64,000 nt of DNA from Candidatus Hydrogenedentota bacterium. GTDB taxonomy: Bacteria; Hydrogenedentota; Hydrogenedentia; Hydrogenedentales; SLHB01. Below are positions 1 through 10,522 of the stretch, piece after piece (position 1 is the stretch's first letter; each line of letters begins with the position of its first letter). The stretch is taken from assembly GCA_963668025.2 (NCBI GenBank), contig CAXXTH010000019.1, positions 64,001 through 128,000 of the forward strand, read 5' to 3'. The position numbers and the translations under genes were made by a program. Below the pieces are notes generated by a model. That model did no database searches. It was not told where the DNA came from and worked only from the letters and a program-made list of their open reading frames with translations.

Positions 1-1386
1 GGAGCGCTCGATGCTGCATATGACCCGATGCAGTGGCCAGGCGGGCGTTTTAATGACCGGCGCAGTCTGTACGAGATCGACGAATCGCGCAATGTCCTTT
101 CTGGCTTTGGAAACATGTACCACCCCAAAGTGCTGCAAACGAATGATCCAAATTATCCGTACAAGATGTGGTTTTTCGGTTGGGCGGCGGCGGATTGCAA
201 TCCGGGGTATAGCGGGTGCGACGCCATTTTTCATGCGCGTTCGGCGGATATGGATAATTGGGAAGTCTATAGCGGCTCGAATACGTGGGACAGCACGATG
301 GATCCCTCCAAATGGGTTCCTGTGATCGCAGCCGACGAGAAGCCGTATGATGAGTGGCACAATGGCGATCCTTCCGTTGTGTACCATGACGGCTTGTATT
401 ACATGGCGTATTCAGCCACGGGCCGCAACAATGATGGCTATATCTATTGCGTGATGGGCGCTACTTCGGCGGATGGCATTTATTGGCAGCGCACCAGCGC
501 GCCGCTTCTGGTTTATGGTCCAGAAATTTCCGGGGGCGCGTCCGAAAGCGATGCAACCCGCTGGGGCATGTTCCACCGCCCTTCATTGATGCTTGAAAAC
601 GGCTATTGGCGCTTATGGTTTGATTACTGGCTTGCGGCCGATGGCGGCGTGTCCATGGGGTATGCGGAAACGCCGGAAGCCCAATTCACGGAAGGCAAAT
701 TCCAGGTGCTTTTCGCAGGCGATAATCCGCTGCTCAAGCAATGGCCTAATCCATCCGTGGTAAAAGCGGGCTGCAAATATTACAGTTTTTCGGACGCCAC
801 TGGGTATGGCAGCGGCTGGCCCAGCCGCCAAATCGTCGAGGCGGAATCGGATGATGGGCTTAACTGGACCATCACTGGCTACATTCCTCCTGATTCCGAT
901 AGCCCTGCGGACCAAGTGCCAGAAGCTACGGTGATCACGGAAAACGGCTATACCTGGCTGGTGGTGTTTTATGCCTGCCAGATTGGCGGCGACCCATACG
1001 ACTGGCGCTATAACCGCATCCGCTATATGAAGCGGATGGTGGATGATTGCTCCGCGGATGGGCGCAGCTTCCGTCCTGGCGATGTGGCGAGTTTGTGCGT
1101 GCCAGGGCCAGTGGCGGCGGACAGCACCTATACGTGGACGAAAGACGGCGAGGAACTAGCGGCGGAACGTTTCGTGGGAGCGGATTCCCGCACTTTGCAG
1201 ATTAACCCGGTTGGCCTTTCGGATGCTGGAACGTACCGGTGTGAATACCTAGACGAAAATAATGAACCTGCCCTATTCGAACTGACCATCTACGTCGCGT
1301 ATGCGGCTCCATTGGCCGCTTTGCCCGGTTTGGCGGTGATGCTGTGCGTATTGATGTATGCGGGCGCTACCCGCATCAAGAATTAG
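1..1386 (+). CDS. Exported five-bladed beta-propeller glycoside-hydrolase-like protein (GH32/43/130 clan-like) with Ig-like domain and C-terminal membrane anchor; 5' end lies outside the window
   Basis: Frame 1 is open from base 1 (GALDAAYDPMQW...). Propeller motifs GDPSVV, ATSADGIYW, HRPSL, WPNPSVV, AESDDGLNW; Ig motif YTWTKDG...DAGTYRC; C-terminal P-hydrophobic-basic tail. Confidence 0.7.
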   Translation, partial: GALDAAYDPMQWPGGRFNDRRSLYEIDESRNVLSGFGNMYHPKVLQTNDPNYPYKMWFFGWAAADCNPGYSGCDAIFHARSADMDNWEVYSGSNTWDSTMDPSKWVPVIAADEKPYDEWHNGDPSVVYHDGLYYMAYSATGRNNDGYIYCVMGATSADGIYWQRTSAPLLVYGPEISGGASESDATRWGMFHRPSLMLENGYWRLWFDYWLAADGGVSMGYAETPEAQFTEGKFQVLFAGDNPLLKQWPNPSVVKAGCKYYSFSDATGYGSGWPSRQIVEAESDDGLNWTITGYIPPDSDSPADQVPEATVITENGYTWLVVFYACQIGGDPYDWRYNRIRYMKRMVDDCSADGRSFRPGDVASLCVPGPVAADSTYTWTKDGEELAAERFVGADSRTLQINPVGLSDAGTYRCEYLDENNEPALFELTIYVAYAAPLAALPGLAVMLCVLMYAGATRIKN

Positions 1387-1422
1387 GATTCATTGGGAAA
1401 TTCATTTGAAAGGAGATTACCC

Positions 1423-2550
1423 ATGCGTTTGGGATGTATTACGTTTCTCATCTCTTTAGCAGCCTTTTACACGGGCGCGTCGGACGAACTGCGGCCCATC
1501 CAAAGCAACAATGCTTGGGAGCGCATCGAGAAACCGCTGATCTGGAATTTTGATAACATGTACCAGCCGTGTGTACGCGAGTTTCCCGGCGAGGAATATC
1601 CGTACAAGATGTGGTTCTTCGGCTGGTCGGCGGAGAGCACCAATCCGAAATTTCCGGGTTGTGACGCCATCTATCTGGCCCGCTCCAAGAATCTGGCGGA
1701 TTGGGAGATTTATTCCGACGGCGGGAGCTGGGACGCCAACATGGATCCTAAGCTATGGATGCCCGTGATTTATGCGGACAATAAATACTACGATGAATGG
1801 CACAATGGCGATCCTTCAGTGGTGTATAAAGACGGGCGCTATTATATGGCGTTCAGCTCGACGAGCAAGCCATTTACGGAGGAAATCAAGGGCCATCCCA
1901 ATAAAATGATGCTATGCGTGATGGGCGCGGAGTCGGATGATGGCATCCATTGGACCAAAACAGAGCAGCCGCTGCTGATTGAGCCGGTGGAAGCACAGAA
2001 ACCGGAATCGGATGAAGGATGGCTTGGCGATTTTCATCGTCCGAGCCTGATGTGGGAGCAGGGTAAATGGCGGCTTTGGTTTGATTATTGGCATCCCACC
2101 AAAGGCTTATGCATGGGGTATGCGGAAAACGCGGGGGATTTCGCCGCCAAAGGCGGATTCAAAATTGTAAGCGATTTGCAGAAACCGCTCATCGAGAATT
2201 GGCCAAATCCGGAAGTGGTTAAGGCCGGGGGGCGGTATTACGCGTTCGCCGACCCGTCCGGGTATCCACCTAAAAACAATGATGCGAATGCCGGATGGAC
2301 CAGCCGCGCTTTATGTGAGGCGGTTTCAAAAGACGGCCTTACGTGGGACATTATAGGATTCATCGCGCCGGATCCCGACTCCGCGGCATGCCATGTGCCG
2401 CAGGCGCTGGCCACCACGAAGGAAGGCAAGCCTTGGCTGTATTTGTTTTATGCGACGCAGCGGGGCGGCATGAATAAGGATGGCATATTTGATTACCGGT
2501 ATGATCGGATCAAAATGATGCGGCAGCCGCTCCCAAAAGATGGTGAATGA
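1423..2550 (+). CDS. Exported beta-propeller glycoside-hydrolase-like protein, paralog of the upstream gene
   Basis: AGGAGA RBS before ATG 1423; signal peptide; shares YPYKMWFFGW, YDEWHNGDPSVV, WRLWFDYW and WPNP blocks with the upstream gene. Confidence 0.75.
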   Translation: MRLGCITFLISLAAFYTGASDELRPIQSNNAWERIEKPLIWNFDNMYQPCVREFPGEEYPYKMWFFGWSAESTNPKFPGCDAIYLARSKNLADWEIYSDGGSWDANMDPKLWMPVIYADNKYYDEWHNGDPSVVYKDGRYYMAFSSTSKPFTEEIKGHPNKMMLCVMGAESDDGIHWTKTEQPLLIEPVEAQKPESDEGWLGDFHRPSLMWEQGKWRLWFDYWHPTKGLCMGYAENAGDFAAKGGFKIVSDLQKPLIENWPNPEVVKAGGRYYAFADPSGYPPKNNDANAGWTSRALCEAVSKDGLTWDIIGFIAPDPDSAACHVPQALATTKEGKPWLYLFYATQRGGMNKDGIFDYRYDRIKMMRQPLPKDGE

Positions 2551-2586
2551 TGTTCCTTATCGTAAAGAGCCATGGAGAGGTAATGC

Positions 2587-3573
2587 ATGAGTAAGGCGAA
2601 CGGCATGACATCTCGCGAGCGAGTGGAGCGTGCGATACGATTCGAGAAGCCGGACCGTGTTCCGTTCAATTTTTGGATGGACCGTCGGCGCATGGCGGAA
2701 TTGGACGCCAAATATGGGAGTGATTTTCGAATTGGCCACTACGGCGCGGATGTGATTGAGAGTTACCATTGCTATCCCGCGTTCCCGTCGGGCGAACATC
2801 GGGAACAAAACGGCACGTGGTGGATGACCAGGGAATTGTTCGAGGATTGGCGTGAAGCCAAAGATATCCCTATGCCGGATCCATATGATCCCGTTTTGTA
2901 TGAACACCTGGATGCCGACCTCAAGAACAATCCAGAATGTGCGATCATCGTGAATTCACCCAATGTGCTGACCACGGTGGAAATGATGCGCCGGCAGGAA
3001 AACTTTTATATGGATATGCTCATGTATCCGGAAGAAGTGAAGGCGTTTCTTGGGCGCATCGCGGGCGTGATGGCGGCGGTGGCGGAGCAGGTGTGCCAGC
3101 GTGACATTACGGCGCTCTATGTGCAGGATGACGTGGCATATAATGGCGGCCTCCTCGTCTCGATGGAGCTGCTCCGCGACCTGATCCTGCCATGCTGGAA
3201 AAAGGTCATTGATGTGGGGCATGCCCATGGCAAGCCTGTATTCTTTCACACCGATGGCAAGGTCGACAGCATATGGAGCGTGTTCGCGGATGAATTGGGC
3301 GTGCGCATGCTGAACCCGCTGCAACCCGGCCTGCAAGATCTGCGGGCGTTCAAGGAGCAGTATCAGGGGCGGATGGGCGTCTATGGCGGCCTGGATACCG
3401 GCACGATTCATCTCATGACGCCCGAGGAGATACGGCGGCATGTGTTTGATTTGTTTGATAAGGCGCGCGCGGATGGGGGGCTGATTATATCGTCGCATGA
3501 TATTGATTACGCGGCTACGGAAGAACAGTTGGACGCATTGGTGCAAGCAATTAAAGCATGTACGTATGCGTAA
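2587..3573 (+). CDS. Uroporphyrinogen decarboxylase-like / MtaA-CmuA methyltransferase family protein
   Basis: N-terminal MTSRERVERAIRFEKPDRVP, QDDVA, FHTDG, NPLQP, GGLD, GGLIISSH. Confidence 0.8.
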   Translation: MSKANGMTSRERVERAIRFEKPDRVPFNFWMDRRRMAELDAKYGSDFRIGHYGADVIESYHCYPAFPSGEHREQNGTWWMTRELFEDWREAKDIPMPDPYDPVLYEHLDADLKNNPECAIIVNSPNVLTTVEMMRRQENFYMDMLMYPEEVKAFLGRIAGVMAAVAEQVCQRDITALYVQDDVAYNGGLLVSMELLRDLILPCWKKVIDVGHAHGKPVFFHTDGKVDSIWSVFADELGVRMLNPLQPGLQDLRAFKEQYQGRMGVYGGLDTGTIHLMTPEEIRRHVFDLFDKARADGGLIISSHDIDYAATEEQLDALVQAIKACTYA

Positions 3574-3600
3574 CGCTCCTTTGATGAAATGGAAGGTTAC

Positions 3601-5343
3601 ATGTTAGCGATTCAAAATAGCGAGCTTGATCCCAGGGTGAGAATGTATGTAAGGCCGGAACGTGTCGTCTGGCATTCCGATGGGGCTTCTGCCCCAGAGC
3701 GGATGGAAAGCCTGTTGAAAACTACCATGCGCCAGTCGACCGTGCAGCGAAGCGATGGATGCATTCTGCGCCATAACGGGAGCGCTTCCGGCCTGCTCTT
3801 GGATTTTGGCCGCGAGCTATTCGGCGGTGTCCAAATCATAGCCCATAGGACTCGGGAAAACCAGGCTATGCGCCTGCGTATCCGGTTTGGCGAGTCAGTG
3901 AGCGAAGCCATGGGCGGGCCAAATATGGACCACGCCATACATGACACGATACTGCATGTGCCTTGGGCCGGAACGGCGGAGATTGGAAACACGGGTTTTC
4001 GATTTGTGCGTATTGACACATTGGATGAAGGCTCTTGGGTCGAGATATTAGCTGTCCGCGCGGTGCTTCTGTATCGCGATCTTGAATACAAAGGTGCGTT
4101 TGAATGCAGTGATGAACGCTTGAATCGGATCTGGCGGGCGGGCGCGTATACCGTCCAGCTCAATATGCAGGGATATGTTTGGGACGGCGTTAAGCGGGAT
4201 CAATTGGTGTGGGTGGGTGATCTGAATCCGGAAACCATGGTCATCAGCTCGGTGTTTGGGGAAGTGGACGTGCTGCCGCGCAGCTTGGATTTCGCCCGCG
4301 ACGAAGCGCCGCTGCCCCACTTCATGAATGGCATCTTCTCTTATTCATTGTGGTGGATCATTTGCCATCGCGACTGGTATCTCTACCATGGCAACAAGGC
4401 GTATCTCGAAGAGCAAAAGCCTTACCTATTGGAACTGTTGCGGCTTTTGGATACCTACACTGAAGCGAATTTGCCGGAGGGCTTCCTTGATTGGCCTTCT
4501 TCGCCCTACAAGGACGCCGTGCGTTCCGGTCTTTACGCATTATTCGTGATGGCGATGCAGGCAGGACGCCAGCTCTGCGAAGCGCTTCAGGAGCCCGCAG
4601 CCGCCGCGCGCTGCGAAGCAGCCGCAAGCCGCTGGCTCAAATCCACGCCCTCCCATTATGGCGTCAAGACAGCCGCGGCGCTAATGGCGCTGGCGGGAAT
4701 GATTCCCGCGCAACAGGCAAACGATGAGATTCTTGCGGCAGACCCATTGAAGGGCGTATCGACGTTCTATGGGTATTATGTATTGCAGGCGCGCGCGCTG
4801 GCAGGGGATTATACGGGCTGCTTAGATGTCATTCGCCGTTTTTGGGGCGCAATGCTCGATTTTGGCGCAACGACCTTTTGGGAAGATTTTAACTTGGATT
4901 GGACCCGGAACGCGGGTCGGATTGATGAACTCGTGCAGGAAGGGAAAGATGACCTTCATGCGGATTTCGGCGATTATTGTTACAAAGGCTTGCGGCATAG
5001 CCTTTGCCATGGGTGGGCGGGCGGTCCGACGGCATGGCTCAGCGAGCATGTTTTAGGATTTCAACCGCTTTTACCAGGTTGCAGCGTGCTGGCCGTCAGT
5101 CCTCATCTTGGGGATTTGGAATGGGCGCGGGGCGCTTTCCCCACGCCGCACGGCGTGGTGCGTGTATCGCATACCAAAACAGTGTCCGGCGTAGTTTCTA
5201 CTACAGTAGATGCTCCGGACGGCGTTCATGTGATTCTTAACGCTCCGAATGCTTCTTTGCCGTCCAGTGCGAGTGCGGCGCCTTGCAGCAGCAATAAATG
5301 GCAGGCGGATAGCACGCGTGGTGTGTTTTTCTTCCCGAATTAA
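3601..5343 (+). CDS. Alpha-L-rhamnosidase-like glycoside hydrolase (GH78)
   Basis: LDFGREL, WDGVKRDQLVWVGD, GATTFWE, SLCHGWAGGP, PHLGDLEWARGAFPTPHG. Confidence 0.88.
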   Translation: MLAIQNSELDPRVRMYVRPERVVWHSDGASAPERMESLLKTTMRQSTVQRSDGCILRHNGSASGLLLDFGRELFGGVQIIAHRTRENQAMRLRIRFGESVSEAMGGPNMDHAIHDTILHVPWAGTAEIGNTGFRFVRIDTLDEGSWVEILAVRAVLLYRDLEYKGAFECSDERLNRIWRAGAYTVQLNMQGYVWDGVKRDQLVWVGDLNPETMVISSVFGEVDVLPRSLDFARDEAPLPHFMNGIFSYSLWWIICHRDWYLYHGNKAYLEEQKPYLLELLRLLDTYTEANLPEGFLDWPSSPYKDAVRSGLYALFVMAMQAGRQLCEALQEPAAAARCEAAASRWLKSTPSHYGVKTAAALMALAGMIPAQQANDEILAADPLKGVSTFYGYYVLQARALAGDYTGCLDVIRRFWGAMLDFGATTFWEDFNLDWTRNAGRIDELVQEGKDDLHADFGDYCYKGLRHSLCHGWAGGPTAWLSEHVLGFQPLLPGCSVLAVSPHLGDLEWARGAFPTPHGVVRVSHTKTVSGVVSTTVDAPDGVHVILNAPNASLPSSASAAPCSSNKWQADSTRGVFFFPN

Positions 5344-5390
5344 GAGGGAAACAAAAGTGACAGGATGCTGATGCCGTTGTTTTTTTGCTC

Positions 5391-5444
5391 CCCGTAGCAT
5401 GGGCGTCCCGCCCATGCACATTGCCGGGACGGCCATGCTACGGG
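5391..5444. repeat. REP-like (GTAG-type) palindromic doublet
   Basis: CCCGTAGCATGGGCGTCCCGCCCATG ... GGGACGGCCATGCTACGGG inverted arms. Confidence 0.6.
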
Positions 5445-5615
5445 AATCGCCACTCTCACCTGATGGGTGAAAGCGTAAAAAGTGGCACAGGGAATGATTG
5501 CTGAAAAAGAGCGGAATTCTCATGCAAAGGGCTATGTGTTTGATTCGGGGAATTGGACCTTTTGTTTGTGCATTTTCGGCTTTTCTTTATTTATGTACGG
5601 AATGGAGTGAAATGT

Positions 5616-7205
5616 ATGCCGTGGCGTTTGGGACTCAGATGGACATCGTTGGCGGCCATTTTGTGCGGGGCTATCTGGCTGTACTGGCCGGAGCCAAGCG
5701 CGGATACAAACACCGTCGCCGCGCAGGAAGACATACAGCGTTCCAATGCCACGTATACCATCCGTTTCAGCGTCGGCCCTTTCTATATGCCAGGCACAAT
5801 CCCTTTCGGATTGGGCAAACCGCTCGAAGGCATGAACAAAGTGATCCAAGCCTTCGAGGAAAAATATCCTGACACGCATGTCGAAATTGTAAACGTGCCC
5901 GTGATGATTCGGGAATACTTGGTCACCCAGCTCAGCAGCGGCCTTGCTCCAGATATCATTTTCGTTAATGTCGAGGATGTGTGGGTGGACGTGCAGAAAG
6001 GCTGGTATGTGCCTTTAGATAAATTCCTCGAAGAGCCCAATCCATTTGTCCATGAGAAAGGAGATCCGGCTGCGCCGGGTTATAACCAGTGGTGGGACAT
6101 GTTCCAATACCAGGCGATCAGCCGGGGCAAGGCGGGGCCAGACGGAAAAACCTATTGCATTAGTTTGGACATGGTCGAAACGGGGATCTTTTATAACAAA
6201 GATATTTTCCGGGAAGCAGGCGTGGATGTCCCGCGGACCTGGGAAGAATTCATGGATATCCTCGAGCGCATCCAAAAAACGGGCCGACTTCCCCTGATCA
6301 TGCATCTGGATTGGTTCAATGATTGGGCGGTGGATTTGTTCATCGACCAAATGTATCACGACATTTTGCCTGGAATTGATCTGTTCAAGGATCCGATACG
6401 GGAGCCGTATTTGCAAGGATATCTCGATTGGGATGAGATCGCATTCTTATATCAGAAAGGATTCTTTACGAGCCGGGATCCGAGATATGCCGAAGTGTGG
6501 CGGATCATGAAGGAGCTCAAGAAGTTTTCGAGCGATAACATGACGACTTCGGACGTGGTGCGGGAATTCGTCACCGGCAATGGGGCGATGATTTGGAATA
6601 ATAGCTGCCTCACGTATCCGCTTACGGCAGATCCGGAAATAGACTTTGACTGGGGTGTTTTCTATCTTCCTCCGTTTACGAAGAAAACATCGCCTTTAGC
6701 GCCCGAAACGCCCTCGCCCATGTGCGTGATCGGCGGTTCGGCCACGCAATTTGAAGTGACGAATAGCGCGTATAACGATACGGGCGACCCGGACACTTCC
6801 GTGAAATTACAGCGCACCATCGCCTTTCTACAGTTTTTGACCTTGCCCGAGAATTGTGAGGAGGTGGTGAACGAGTATAGTTGCTTCATTCCGAACATCG
6901 TGGGCGTGCCCGTATTGGAGCCGCTAAAGCCGTTTGAAGAGATACTCAAGCGGGAATACACCACGACGAAATTCACCTATACGTTTGATCTGCGGTTTGG
7001 TGAAGTCCAGCGCCGGGCCCTTGAGCTGTATCTCATGGGCGGCATGAGCCTGGATGAACTCCTGGTTTGGCAAGATAAAAACATGGATGCGGCCGTGAAA
7101 AATGTCATGCAACGTAAAGGCGTTGACATGGATCGGCTGCAGCAATCATGGGATGCGCTGGCTCCGATGCGGGCGCAGGCCATTGGACTTCCAGATGAAG
7201 ACTAA
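5616..7205 (+). CDS. Carbohydrate ABC transporter substrate-binding protein
   Basis: GGAG RBS, N-terminal hydrophobic anchor; FEEKYPD, SGLAPDI, GIFYNKDIFREAG, PRTWEEF, FDWGVFYLP. Confidence 0.88.
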   Translation: MPWRLGLRWTSLAAILCGAIWLYWPEPSADTNTVAAQEDIQRSNATYTIRFSVGPFYMPGTIPFGLGKPLEGMNKVIQAFEEKYPDTHVEIVNVPVMIREYLVTQLSSGLAPDIIFVNVEDVWVDVQKGWYVPLDKFLEEPNPFVHEKGDPAAPGYNQWWDMFQYQAISRGKAGPDGKTYCISLDMVETGIFYNKDIFREAGVDVPRTWEEFMDILERIQKTGRLPLIMHLDWFNDWAVDLFIDQMYHDILPGIDLFKDPIREPYLQGYLDWDEIAFLYQKGFFTSRDPRYAEVWRIMKELKKFSSDNMTTSDVVREFVTGNGAMIWNNSCLTYPLTADPEIDFDWGVFYLPPFTKKTSPLAPETPSPMCVIGGSATQFEVTNSAYNDTGDPDTSVKLQRTIAFLQFLTLPENCEEVVNEYSCFIPNIVGVPVLEPLKPFEEILKREYTTTKFTYTFDLRFGEVQRRALELYLMGGMSLDELLVWQDKNMDAAVKNVMQRKGVDMDRLQQSWDALAPMRAQAIGLPDED

Positions 7206-8121
7206 ACAACCGGAACATCCTAACCATAGCCTTCGGTTCATGCTGAGTTGTTATGGGATTTTGCTTGTGCCATTGGCCTTGCTTACTTTGTTTGTGTATC
7301 TGCCCGTGTTGTGGGCATTCACAAAGTCACTATATGAGTTTGAAGTGGGTTCGCCTTCCCGGTTCGTGGGACTCAGCAATTATACGGAATTTCTCATGAG
7401 TGATCCCGTTTCCTACCCAGCGTTGTTCAATATGTTTTTTTTGACGGTTTTCGCGGTATGCGTCCGCCTTACGCTGCCGTTGTTCGTAGCGAAAGGCATC
7501 CATTCTTTTACCAGCGATCGCTCCCGGTATTTCTATCGCATTATCTTTCTTGTGCCCATTGTCGTGCCTGGCGTGGCGGTGCAGCTCATATGGAGCGGCA
7601 TGGTGTACGCCGACAGGGGCTTGGTCAATGAAACCTTGCGGAGCCTCGGCCTCGGGAATCTGGCCACGGGATGGCTGAGCAATCCTTCCACCGCGTTGAT
7701 GGCGCTGGCGTTCGTGGGCTTTCCATTCATAGGCGGGTTCGAAGTGTTGATTTACTACGCAGGCCTATCGAGCATACCCGACAGCGTCAATGAGGCGGCC
7801 CGATTGGAAGGGTGTACGGGCATTCGGAAATTCTTCTTGATAGACATGCCGATGGTGATGAGCCAGATTAAGCTGATCCTCATTCTCACCATCATTGGCG
7901 GCATTCAGACATTCGAGGGGGTGTTTATTTTGTCCCGGGGCGGGCCTGGCTTCAAAACGATGGTCCCTGGCCTTTGGATGTATTACAACGCCTTTAGCTT
8001 CCAGCGCATGGGCTATGCCTGCGCCATCGGGGTGTGCCTGTTCGTGCTTATCCTGGGCCTCACTATTCTGAATTTCCGGTATATCAAGTCAGCGGAACAG
8101 CTCAAGGAGCAGCAGTCATGA
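7195..8121 (+). CDS. Carbohydrate ABC transporter permease (MalF/UgpA-like)
   Basis: FVGLSNY, EAA motif AGLSSIPDSVNEAARLEG, GYACAIG; overlaps both neighbouring genes. Confidence 0.9.
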   Translation: MKTKQPEHPNHSLRFMLSCYGILLVPLALLTLFVYLPVLWAFTKSLYEFEVGSPSRFVGLSNYTEFLMSDPVSYPALFNMFFLTVFAVCVRLTLPLFVAKGIHSFTSDRSRYFYRIIFLVPIVVPGVAVQLIWSGMVYADRGLVNETLRSLGLGNLATGWLSNPSTALMALAFVGFPFIGGFEVLIYYAGLSSIPDSVNEAARLEGCTGIRKFFLIDMPMVMSQIKLILILTIIGGIQTFEGVFILSRGGPGFKTMVPGLWMYYNAFSFQRMGYACAIGVCLFVLILGLTILNFRYIKSAEQLKEQQS

Positions 8122-9065
8122 AGCGAAGCGTACAGCGTGAACTGGCGCTGCATCTATTTGTGGGTTCTTTTGCCTTCTTGGCGCTAGTGCCGTTTTTTTT
8201 CGTGGCCAACAACTCGTTCCGCACCAACATGGAGATGTACCGGTCCTTTTTCGGTGCGCCAAACGCCATAAAAGGCATGGTGCGCTCGGCGGGCGATATG
8301 CTGTTAAACAAGGGCGGGATGTCAGCAAGCCAGGATGGGACTATGAACTATTATGAATCGCCGCGTGAGTCCCTTATGGGGTACACGCGGATGGCGGCGA
8401 AGAATTACTTGCTGGCATGGAAAGCCCTCAAGTTCTACCTGCTCAATTCTTTTTTCGTATGCAGCGTGACTGCTTGCGGAGTGGCGCTGCTGGGTTCTCT
8501 ATCAGCGTACGTATTAGCGCGTTATCGATTTCCCGGGGGGCATGCCGTCTTTTTTTATATTATCGCCACCATGATGTTCCCTGGCGTGCTCACGCTGGTT
8601 CCCTCCTTCCTGCTGGCGAAGCAACTGGGCTTGCTTAATAGCTACGCGGGCCTCATCCTGCCTTATATCGCAGGAGGGCAGGTGTTCGCCACATTCGTGT
8701 TCAAGAGCTTTTTCGACGGCCTTCCCGAGGAGCTGTTCGAATCCGCGAGGATAGACGGCGCGGGGCATGCGCGCCTGTATGTCCATATTGTCCTTCCCTT
8801 GTCCAAGCCCGTTTTTGCCGTCGTCATGATTATGAGCGTCATCGGCACCTGGAATAATTTTCTCTGGCCTTTCATCGTGAATACGGATGAGCAGTATCAC
8901 GTCATCGCTTCCGGCCTATATGTCATGGCGAATTCCGCCGCCGCCGCCAACTATGGCACCTTATTTGCCGCTTATGTGCTATCGAGCGTCCCGCTGCTTA
9001 TTCTTTTTGCCTACGCGACGAGGCCGTTTGTCGAAGGCGTCACCTCCGGGGCGTTCAAGGCATAA
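8118..9065 (+). CDS. Carbohydrate ABC transporter permease (MalG/UgpE-like)
   Basis: ATGA overlap; LPEELFESARIDGA, WNNFLWP, C-terminal FVEGVTSGAFKA. Confidence 0.9.
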   Translation: MKRSVQRELALHLFVGSFAFLALVPFFFVANNSFRTNMEMYRSFFGAPNAIKGMVRSAGDMLLNKGGMSASQDGTMNYYESPRESLMGYTRMAAKNYLLAWKALKFYLLNSFFVCSVTACGVALLGSLSAYVLARYRFPGGHAVFFYIIATMMFPGVLTLVPSFLLAKQLGLLNSYAGLILPYIAGGQVFATFVFKSFFDGLPEELFESARIDGAGHARLYVHIVLPLSKPVFAVVMIMSVIGTWNNFLWPFIVNTDEQYHVIASGLYVMANSAAAANYGTLFAAYVLSSVPLLILFAYATRPFVEGVTSGAFKA

Positions 9066-9300
9066 AGAACGTGATGGATGGATTAACGCCTAAGCGTACA
9101 TGGGCAAAGGTGGCGGTAATATGCGTGATTCATGAGATTGTTCCTGTCCCACTCCCTGTCCGGCGGTTTCGGAAGAAAAGCTGGCGCTTGTAATGACATA
9201 AAGGCTCATTCTACACTTCCTATACGGGACATGCGCTGCCATTGGGGATAGAGTGTATAATTTGATAGAATCATGGCGGAAGCATTAGGGAGTGTACACG

Positions 9301-10506
9301 ATGCCAGAATTTACCTATGTCGCGCGAACACGAGATGGTAAAAAGCAAACCGGCAGCATGAGCGCCGAAAACCGGCAGTCGCTCATGCGCACCCTCCAAA
9401 CCCGGGGACTCGTTCCCGAAAAGGTGGAAGTGAAAGGCGCAAGGACCCGTTCGAGGCGGGGCCCGAAAGTCAAATCCACGGAGATACTGGTGTTCACGCG
9501 CCAGCTTTCGACCATTGTGAATGCGGGCTTGCCTCTGCTGCAGGGCTTGGACATCCTCTCCGAGCAAACCGAAGACCGGCGCTTCGGCAGCGTCATGGAA
9601 CAAATCGCCCAGGATGTGGAGGGCGGCGAATCCTTTTCGGAATCCCTGCGTAAACATCCGCGCATATTCAGTGATTTGTATGTCAGCATGGTGCGCTCCG
9701 GCGAGATAAGCGGCAATCTGGATGGCATCCTGCTTCAATTGGCGGATTACATGGAGTCTATGGAAGAACTGAAACGCCGGATTAAGTCCGCCATGACTTA
9801 CCCGGTTGTTGCGTTCTCGATGATCATCCTCATCGCCGCAGGCCTTATTATGTTCGTTGTGCCGCAGTTTGGCGAAATATACGCAGGTTTTGGCCAAGCG
9901 CTGCCCTTGCCCACCCAGATGCTGATCTTGGTCAGCGATGTGCTCCGCAGTTTGTATGCGTTTGTTGTCGCCGCCGCAGGTATCGCTATTGTGTTTGCTA
10001 TCCGGCTCTACGGGCGCACTGAAACCGGGCGGTATAATCTGGATGCGATCAAGCTTCGGCTCCCGGTATTTGGAAAATTATTGCGTAAAGTGGCCATCAG
10101 CCGCTTTACCCGCACCCTCAGCACCCTGACCCGCAGCGGCGTGGCCATCCTCGCCGCCCTTGAAATCGCAGAACGCACTTCTGGCAATGAGGTCTTCGCT
10201 CGGGTGGTGCGCGGTGCGAGCGACTGCGTGCGAAAGGGTGAAACGCTCGCTGATCCGCTCGCCCGTAGCGGTGAATTCCCTTCCATTGTGACCCGCATGA
10301 TTGGCGTTGGCGAAAAGACTGGCGCCCTCGAACAAATGCTCAGCAAGATTTCCGATTTCTATGATTCCGAAGTGAAAGCGGCCATTGACGGCCTAACAAG
10401 CTTAATCGAACCTATCTTGATTATGCTCATGGGCATCGTGGTGGGCAGTATTGTTATTGCGCTTTTCCTGCCTATTCTCAAGCTATCGACCCTCGTACAG
10501 CAATAA
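9301..10506 (+). CDS. pilC: Type IV pilus / type II secretion platform protein PilC/GspF (no partner genes nearby)
   Basis: FTRQLSTIVNAGLPL, GEISGNLD, SAMTYP, GEKTGALEQML, LIEPILI. Confidence 0.88.
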   Translation: MPEFTYVARTRDGKKQTGSMSAENRQSLMRTLQTRGLVPEKVEVKGARTRSRRGPKVKSTEILVFTRQLSTIVNAGLPLLQGLDILSEQTEDRRFGSVMEQIAQDVEGGESFSESLRKHPRIFSDLYVSMVRSGEISGNLDGILLQLADYMESMEELKRRIKSAMTYPVVAFSMIILIAAGLIMFVVPQFGEIYAGFGQALPLPTQMLILVSDVLRSLYAFVVAAAGIAIVFAIRLYGRTETGRYNLDAIKLRLPVFGKLLRKVAISRFTRTLSTLTRSGVAILAALEIAERTSGNEVFARVVRGASDCVRKGETLADPLARSGEFPSIVTRMIGVGEKTGALEQMLSKISDFYDSEVKAAIDGLTSLIEPILIMLMGIVVGSIVIALFLPILKLSTLVQQ

Positions 10507-10522
10507 GCCTGATTCGCATCCA

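Noticed and set aside
5482-5501. sigma54 promoter TGGCAC upstream of the ABC operon
   Set aside because: The -12 position reads GA, not GC, at the required spacing.
5616-9065. ABC transporter lacking an ATPase gene
   Set aside because: Common for carbohydrate importers that share an MsmX/MalK-type ATPase.
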